DNA of 57,132 bases. It comes from Steroidobacteraceae bacterium (GTDB lineage Bacteria; Pseudomonadota; Gammaproteobacteria; Steroidobacterales; Steroidobacteraceae). The number at the start of each line of letters is the position of its first letter. The first letter of the stretch is position 1. The stretch is taken from NCBI GenBank assembly GCA_036497085.1, contig DASXKA010000187.1:1-57132 (forward strand), given 5' to 3'. Under the pieces are notes generated by a model, which was not told the origin of the DNA, did not search any database, and saw only the letters and a list, made by a program, of their open reading frames with translations. Position numbers and translations under genes: made by a program. Positions 51,520-57,132 of the stretch are shown here, piece by piece.

Positions 51520-53209
51520 GCCGAAGTCCGGGAGCTACGACGCGATCGTCGTGGGTTCCGGGATCTCCGGCGGCTGGGCCGCCAAAGAGCTCACCGAGAA
51601 CGGGCTCAGAACGCTGTTGCTCGAGGCCGGACCGCCGATCGTGCCTGAGCGGGACTTCGTCGAGCACGTGCAGGATTATTCGCTCCCGTACCGGGGCTAC
51701 GGCAACCTGCGCAAGCTGCACGCCGAGCGGCCCATTCAGTCGCAGGCCGGTGCCTGCGATGAGTGGGTCTCAAAATGGTTCGTCGACGACCACGAGAACC
51801 CCTACCACAACGACAGCGACAAGCCGTTCCTGTGGATCCGCGGGCGTCACGTCGGTGGCCGCTCCCTCATGTGGGGGCGGCAGGTCTACCGCTGGAGCGA
51901 CCTCGACTTCGAAGCCAACGCGCGCGAGGGCATCGGTGTCGACTGGCCGATCCGCTACGCGGATATCGCCCCCTGGTACAGTCATGTCGAGAAATTCATA
52001 GGCGTGAGCGGCCAGGCGGAGGGGCTGGCGCAGCTTCCCGACGGGGAATTTCTGCCGCCCATGCAGCTCAACTGCGCGGAGCTGCACGTGCGCGAGGCGA
52101 TGAGCAGGCGCTGGGGGCGCGAGCGCGTGCTCACCATCGGCCGCGCGGCGATCCTTACCCAGCCGCACCTCGGGCGCGCCGCCTGTCACTACTGCGGGCC
52201 GTGCTGGCGCGGGTGCATCACCCACTCGTATTTCAACAGCGTCGGCTCGACGCTGCCGGCGGCGGCGGCCACCGGGCGCCTGACGCTGCGGCCCAACAGT
52301 GTGGTCGCGGAGGTGCTTTACGACGAGCGCACCAACCGCGCGAGCGGCGTGCGCGCGGTCGATGCCGATACGCTCGAGACGCTCGAGTTCCGTGCGCGGC
52401 TGGTGTTCGTGTGCGCCTCGGCGCTCGAGAGCGCCCGGATACTCCTCAACTCGAAGAGCGCTCACTTCCCGGCGGGACTCGCCAACTCGAGCGGGGAGCT
52501 CGGCCGCAACCTCATGGACCATACCTTTGGCGCGGGCGCCGAGGCGACCATCCCGGGCATGGAAGACCACAAGACGTTCGGCCACCGGCCGAACGGTATC
52601 TACGTACCGCGTTTTCGCAACGTGACCGACAAGCACGCGAAGTTCGTGCGCGGCTATGGTTTCCAGGGCGGCGGCGGCCGCGGAGGCTGGGAGCGCGGTG
52701 CGCGCCAGAAGGGCTTCGGCGCGGCCTTCAAGAGCTCGCTGCTGCGCGAGTTCGGTCCGTGGCGCGTCGGCCTGGGCGGCTTCGGCGAGTGTCTGCCGCG
52801 CTCCGACAACTCCTGCACGCTCCACCCGACGCTGAAGGACAAGTGGGGCGTACCGGCGCTGCACATCCAGTGCACCCTCGGACCGAACGAGCTCGAGATC
52901 CTCAAGGACATGCAGGTGACGGCAGCGGAGATCCTGGAGGCGGCCGGGGCGAAAGGGATCCGCACCTTCAACGATGAGCTCGCGCCGGGACTGTGCATCC
53001 ACGAGATGGGAACGGCGCGCATGGGACGGGATCCGAAGACCTCGGTACTGAACGGGTGGAATCAGGCGCACGACGTGCCGAACGTATTCGTGACCGACGG
53101 TGCCTGCATGACGTCCTCGGGGAATCAGAACCCGTCGATCACCTACATGGCGCTCACCGCACGCGCCTGTGAATACGCCGTCCAGCAGCTCAAGCGCGGA
53201 GATATCTAA
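51500..53209 (+). CDS. GMC-family FAD oxidoreductase
   Basis: YDAIVVGSGISGGWAAKEL FAD motif. C-terminal HEMGTARMG and NVFVTDGA blocks. No own signal peptide. 20-nt overlap with the small subunit. Confidence 0.85.
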   Translation: MAVSASEPKSGSYDAIVVGSGISGGWAAKELTENGLRTLLLEAGPPIVPERDFVEHVQDYSLPYRGYGNLRKLHAERPIQSQAGACDEWVSKWFVDDHENPYHNDSDKPFLWIRGRHVGGRSLMWGRQVYRWSDLDFEANAREGIGVDWPIRYADIAPWYSHVEKFIGVSGQAEGLAQLPDGEFLPPMQLNCAELHVREAMSRRWGRERVLTIGRAAILTQPHLGRAACHYCGPCWRGCITHSYFNSVGSTLPAAAATGRLTLRPNSVVAEVLYDERTNRASGVRAVDADTLETLEFRARLVFVCASALESARILLNSKSAHFPAGLANSSGELGRNLMDHTFGAGAEATIPGMEDHKTFGHRPNGIYVPRFRNVTDKHAKFVRGYGFQGGGGRGGWERGARQKGFGAAFKSSLLREFGPWRVGLGGFGECLPRSDNSCTLHPTLKDKWGVPALHIQCTLGPNELEILKDMQVTAAEILEAAGAKGIRTFNDELAPGLCIHEMGTARMGRDPKTSVLNGWNQAHDVPNVFVTDGACMTSSGNQNPSITYMALTARACEYAVQQLKRGDI

Positions 53210-54090
53210 TGGCCGGCAGGCTTTCCCGACGGCGCTTCCTCGGCGCCGCGGCAGGCTCGGTCGCGGCCCTCGGCCCGGCCGCCGCGCTCGCGAGTGGCAG
53301 GGTGGAAACCACGGCGCTACCCGCGGCCCCGGGGCGGCTCAAGCAGTCGGTATGCCGCTGGACGCTGCCGGGGGCGCTGCCGGAAGTATGTCGGCGCGTG
53401 CGCGGACTCGGGCTCCAGGCGATCGACCTTCTCCATATCGACGAGTGGGAAGTTGCCCGCGCTGCGGGCCTCACCTGCTCGATGGGATACGCGAGTCGCC
53501 GCGATCACTTCATCGATAAGGGCTTCAGCGACCCGGCGAACCACGCCCTGTTGATCGAGGAGCTGAGCGCCGCGATTCCACTCGCCGCCAGGGCGGGCGT
53601 TCCCAACGTCATCGCGATGTTCGGCAACCGGCGGGGCCTGAGCGATTCCGAGGGAATCGCCAACTGCGCCGCGGGACTCAGCGGGGTGGCGCCGATCGCC
53701 GAGCGGCACGGCGTCACCGTGTGCGTCGAGCTCCTCAACAGCAAGGTCGATCACCCGGACTACCAGGGCGATCACGCGGCCTTCGGCGTGGCGGTGATGG
53801 AGAAGGTGGGATCGCCGCGCGTCAAGCTCCTCTATGACATCTATCACATGCAGATCATGGAGGGGGATATCATCCGCACCGTCGGCCAGCACCGGCGGTG
53901 GATCGGCCATTTCCATACCGGCGGGGTGCCCGGCCGGCACGACATCGACGAAACGCAGGAGCTCAACTATCGCGCGGTGGCTGGAGCGATCGCCGACGGC
54001 AAGTTCGAGGGCTACGTCGCGCACGAGTTCACGGCGAAAGGAGATCCCTACGCGGGGCTCGCCGCGGCCTGCCGGATCTGTCAGGTATGA
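53209..54090 (+). CDS. Tat-exported xylose-isomerase-like TIM-barrel protein (hydroxypyruvate-isomerase-like family)
   Basis: TAATG overlap with the GMC stop. Tat signal SRRRFLGAAAG. KQSVCRW, VELLNSK, YDIYHMQIMEGD, HFHTGG blocks. Confidence 0.8.
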   Translation: MAGRLSRRRFLGAAAGSVAALGPAAALASGRVETTALPAAPGRLKQSVCRWTLPGALPEVCRRVRGLGLQAIDLLHIDEWEVARAAGLTCSMGYASRRDHFIDKGFSDPANHALLIEELSAAIPLAARAGVPNVIAMFGNRRGLSDSEGIANCAAGLSGVAPIAERHGVTVCVELLNSKVDHPDYQGDHAAFGVAVMEKVGSPRVKLLYDIYHMQIMEGDIIRTVGQHRRWIGHFHTGGVPGRHDIDETQELNYRAVAGAIADGKFEGYVAHEFTAKGDPYAGLAAACRICQV

Positions 54091-54121
54091 AGGAAACGCG
54101 CGTCAGGCGCAAACACCGCAC

Positions 54122-55267
54122 GTGAAATATCTGCCACTCATCTGGTCCGGCATCTGGCGCAAGCCCGGGCGCACCATCCTGATCTTTCTCCAGGTAGCAG
54201 TCGCCTTCGTGCTCTTCGGCGTGCTGCAGGGCCTGAGGACCGGGGTGCAGCACGCGGTCGATGCGGCGCGTGCGGACCTGCTGATCGTGCACACCCGCGA
54301 GAATTTCTTCTCGCCCCTTCCTCTCGGACTCCTCGAGCAGATCCGCTCGGTGCCGGGCGTGAAGGTGGTCGTGCCCGTGGAGCTCTTCATCGGTTGGTAT
54401 CAGAAGCCGGAAGAGGCAACAATCGTCGTCGCGGTGAGCCCTGAGGGAGACTGGACCGACGCGTTCACCTTCAATATTTCGCCCCAGCACCTCGCTGCGT
54501 TCAACGCCAACCGCACGGCGGCCCTGGTCACCGAATTCGCCGCGGAGAAGTATCACTGGAAGATCGGGGATCACATCCCGCTGATGAGCAACACGAAGCA
54601 GAAGAATGGCTCGACGACCTGGACTTCCGACGTCGCCGGGACCTTCACCGACAGCGACGTCGGCGTCGGGTTGCGCTCCAAGATCATCATGCACTATGCC
54701 TACTACGACGAAGCACGCGCGAGCGGCACGGGCACCGTGAACCACTTCAACCTGGCGGTGACCGATGACAACCTGGCGGTGACCGTCGCGGATGCGATCG
54801 ACCGGCGCTTTGCCAACTCCTCGCACGAGACCAAGACCGAGTCGCTGCGCGAGCTCGCGCAGACCCAGGTGCAGCGGATTGGCGATCTCGACTTCCTCAT
54901 CCGGGCGGTGGTGAGCGCGGTGCTCGCGGCGCTGCTGTTTGCGACGGCGACGATGATGATGCAGTCGGTCAGGGAGCGGACACCCGAGCTCGCGGTCCTC
55001 AAGACCATCGGCTTCACCGATCGCGCCGTGTTCCTTCTCATCCTTGCCGAGGCGATCGTCGTGTGCGTGGCCGCTGCTGCGTGCGGGCTGGCGCTGGCGA
55101 CACTCGTGTTCCCACTCGCGGCACGGTTCGTCGTCGGGCTCGCGATGCCGAACGCCACCGTCGCGCTAGGCCTGGCGCTCGGGGCGACGCTCGCGGTCGT
55201 GAGCGCGGCGATTCCGGCGATTCGTGCTGCGCGACTGCGCGTGGTGAGCGCGCTCGCGGCGCGCTGA
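54122..55267 (+). CDS. FtsX/MacB-type ABC transporter permease
   Basis: ORF 53834..55267 trimmed to GTG 54122 (VKYLPLIWSGIWRKPGRT...). Layout is TM1, ~240-aa periplasmic domain, then three C-terminal TMs with the RTPELAVLKTIGF block. Confidence 0.8.
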   Translation: MKYLPLIWSGIWRKPGRTILIFLQVAVAFVLFGVLQGLRTGVQHAVDAARADLLIVHTRENFFSPLPLGLLEQIRSVPGVKVVVPVELFIGWYQKPEEATIVVAVSPEGDWTDAFTFNISPQHLAAFNANRTAALVTEFAAEKYHWKIGDHIPLMSNTKQKNGSTTWTSDVAGTFTDSDVGVGLRSKIIMHYAYYDEARASGTGTVNHFNLAVTDDNLAVTVADAIDRRFANSSHETKTESLRELAQTQVQRIGDLDFLIRAVVSAVLAALLFATATMMMQSVRERTPELAVLKTIGFTDRAVFLLILAEAIVVCVAAAACGLALATLVFPLAARFVVGLAMPNATVALGLALGATLAVVSAAIPAIRAARLRVVSALAAR

Positions 55268-55272
55268 GGGCT

Positions 55273-56436
55273 ATGAATTTCTTCCGGCAATTCCTGGCAC
55301 TGCTGCGCATGAATCTCGGGGGCGAGGGCGCGCGGCTGGGCTCGGTTCTAACGATCATCGTCGGTGTGACCTGCACGGTCGCCGTGCTCGTCTCGATGCT
55401 CGCCATGGGAACGGGCGCGCACAGCCAAGCAGTAGGCGATGTGCACGACGACGAGGTCGTGGTCCAGGCCAAGGGCTCGCGGTTCACGGAGAGCGACATC
55501 ACGAGAGACGAGATGGTCACGCTCCGCGACCTGCCGGGCATCGCCCGGGACAAGGATGGCGAGCCGCACGTCGCCGGGATCGTGCTGGTCCCCTTCGAGG
55601 GGCACCGGCGCGGCACCGGCCGGCGCGTCTTCTTTCCGCTCCTCGGCAGCAGCGATGCGAAGTTCGAGCTGCGGCCGCCGGCGCATCTCACCGAGGGCCG
55701 CCTCTTCGAGCCGGGTCTTCACGAGATGATCGCCACCAATGCCTGCGTGCGGCAGTTCGACGGATTCGAGCTCGGAGCCAGGCGCGACGTGCACGGCGCC
55801 CAGTGGACCATCGTCGGGCACTACGACCCGGGCCAGAGCCTGCAGTGCATCGTCCTCAGCGACGCCGCGACTCTCATGAGCCTCTTTGGCCGCAACGGCT
55901 ACAACCGGATCAACGTGCGCCTCCAGGCGCCTTCCGACTTCGAGACGTTCAACCGCGCCCTCGAGGCCAATCCGAGTCTCAAGCTCGAGGCCAAGACGGC
56001 GCGTGAGGCGACCGAGGCAGACTTCCAGCAGTTCAACGGGCTCCTCAACTTCGTGAGCTACTTCATCGGCTCGATCATGGCGATCGGCGCGACCTTCGGC
56101 GCGGTGAATTCGCTCTACTCGATCGTCGACGCGCGCCGCCGGGAGCTCGCGACGCTGCGCGCGATCGGCTTCGGGTCGGGAGCTATTGTGGCCGCGACCC
56201 TCCTCGAGTCGATCCTCCTGGCGCTGCCCGGCGCGCTGCTCGGCGCCGCGCTCGCATGGCTGCTCTTCCACGGCATGGCGGTGAGCCCCTTCGGCTTCAA
56301 CTTCAGACTCGACGTCACGCCGAGGCTCGTCGAGATCGGCATCGCCTGGGCCCTGTTCATGGGTCTGATCGGCGGGCTCCTGCCCGCGCTGCGGGCGGCG
56401 CGCGTGCCGGTGACGACGGCACTGCGCGCCACCTGA
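55273..56436 (+). CDS. FtsX/MacB-type ABC transporter permease (paralogue)
   Basis: ORF 55063..56436 trimmed to ATG 55273. Same architecture as the preceding gene, with the RRRELATLRAIGF block. Confidence 0.8.
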   Translation: MNFFRQFLALLRMNLGGEGARLGSVLTIIVGVTCTVAVLVSMLAMGTGAHSQAVGDVHDDEVVVQAKGSRFTESDITRDEMVTLRDLPGIARDKDGEPHVAGIVLVPFEGHRRGTGRRVFFPLLGSSDAKFELRPPAHLTEGRLFEPGLHEMIATNACVRQFDGFELGARRDVHGAQWTIVGHYDPGQSLQCIVLSDAATLMSLFGRNGYNRINVRLQAPSDFETFNRALEANPSLKLEAKTAREATEADFQQFNGLLNFVSYFIGSIMAIGATFGAVNSLYSIVDARRRELATLRAIGFGSGAIVAATLLESILLALPGALLGAALAWLLFHGMAVSPFGFNFRLDVTPRLVEIGIAWALFMGLIGGLLPALRAARVPVTTALRAT

Positions 56437-56478
56437 GCGACCCGGATCAGCCGTCGGCGCGCGGCCGGGGCGCGCGCC

Positions 56479-57132
56479 TCATTTGCCCGGCGTAGTGGGG
56501 TAGGGCGGCGCGCTCTTCAGCTGCACGGGCTTGAAGTCCTTGAGCTGCGTGAGCACGGTTGCGATTGCGGCGTCGAGCTGCGGGTCCTCGCCACGGTTGA
56601 CGGCTGCGGGGTCGAGCGTCACCTCGATGTCGGGCGCGACGCCTTCGTTCTCGACGCGCCACTCGCCCTCGGGCGTGAAGAAGCGGAAGAAGGGCACGGT
56701 GAGCTGCCCGCCGTCGATCAGGTCGGGGTTCGAGCGGATGCCGATCAACCCGCCCCAGGTGCGCGTGCCGATGAGGGTGCCGAGCTTCTGATGCTTGAAA
56801 GCCCAGGGCAGGAAGTCTCCGCCCGAGCCGGCGTCCTGATCGGCCAGCATGACCTTCGGTCCGTAGATGCCGCCGCCCGGGGTGCTGAAGACCTGCGCGT
56901 CGCGGTCCTTCCAGCCGGCGAGATAGGGGCGGCTGAGGATCTCGATGATGTAGTTCGCCGCCTGGCCGCCGCTGTTCCGGCGCTCGTCGACGATGAGCGC
57001 GGGCTTGTCGATCTGGGCGAAGAACATGCGGTTGAAGTACTGGAAGCCGTCGGCGGCGGTGTTGGGCAGATAGACATAGGCCACCTTGCCGCCGGTCTTC
57101 TTCTCCACGTACTCGCGGTTGTGCTCGAGCCA
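56479..57132 (-). CDS. S41-family (tricorn-protease-like) peptidase, C-terminal part (5' end outside window)
   Basis: The reading frame stays open to the window edge. LIVDERRNSGGQ, TLIGTRTWGG and GVAPDIEV blocks. Confidence 0.75.
   Translation of the reverse strand, partial: WLEHNREYVEKKTGGKVAYVYLPNTAADGFQYFNRMFFAQIDKPALIVDERRNSGGQAANYIIEILSRPYLAGWKDRDAQVFSTPGGGIYGPKVMLADQDAGSGGDFLPWAFKHQKLGTLIGTRTWGGLIGIRSNPDLIDGGQLTVPFFRFFTPEGEWRVENEGVAPDIEVTLDPAAVNRGEDPQLDAAIATVLTQLKDFKPVQLKSAPPYPTTPGK

Noticed and set aside
1-57132. Searched by eye for tRNA/rRNA genes, insertion sequences, integrases, toxin-antitoxin pairs and known defence-system genes (restriction, Cas, abortive infection ATPases, reverse transcriptases).
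   Set aside because: None was seen. All intergenic gaps are 275 nt or shorter, every sizeable ORF is accounted for by metabolic, transport or signalling families, and no terminal inverted repeats or att-like direct repeats flank any block.

Overview
This is a 57.1-kb, very GC-rich window (roughly 68-70 % by eye, not computed) with almost no non-coding gaps. It looks like ordinary chromosome from a Gram-negative, probably proteobacterial, organism, given the TonB-dependent receptors and many Sec/Tat envelope proteins. I call 48 protein-coding genes, two of them cut by the window edges. I found no rRNA, tRNA, CRISPR array, transposase, integrase or phage gene. All family calls come from motif recognition in the supplied translations; no database search was possible.

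Gene order:
- DUF2934 tail, ApbE, and a secreted Cys-motif protein.
- SorAB-like sulfite dehydrogenase, coupled to four cytoplasmic detoxification-type enzymes and a secreted TPR protein.
- An exported alpha/beta hydrolase coupled to a TonB-dependent receptor (TBDR).
- An NCS1 permease followed by a TetR regulator.
- A four-gene envelope operon: novel di-haem protein, Sco, coiled-coil porin, mini binding protein. It is divergent from a sensor kinase plus REC-GGDEF-EAL pair.
- A beta-hydroxyacid dehydrogenase, GlcG and a SnoaL-like protein.
- A multi-TM PAS-GGDEF-EAL protein.
- An 18-residue-repeat lipoprotein, a nitrobindin-like protein and a MAPEG protein.
- An operon of CDF transporter, tandem TonB-C protein, class II aldolase and MFS transporter.
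- iolC(DUF2090)-iolD-iolE-iolB-iolG.
- A divergent BKACE and class III aminotransferase pair.
- An operon of CUT2 ABC importer, agmatinase-family hydrolase, TPR-sulfotransferase and TBDR.
- A Tat small subunit, GMC oxidoreductase and Tat TIM-barrel module, followed by two FtsX-type permeases with no ATPase.
- An S41/tricorn-like peptidase fragment.

Best candidates for an undescribed system:
1. The cytochrome-Sco-porin-miniPBP operon with its c-di-GMP two-component partner (13.6-21.9 kb).
2. The translationally coupled ABC-ureohydrolase-sulfotransferase-TBDR operon next to the iol genes (32.8-50.9 kb). I speculate it handles N-substituted (amino- or guanidino-) cyclitols.

Thirteen start/stop overlaps (GTGA, ATGA, TTGA, TAATG) define the operon structure. 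The many long antisense ORFs in the track are GC artefacts.
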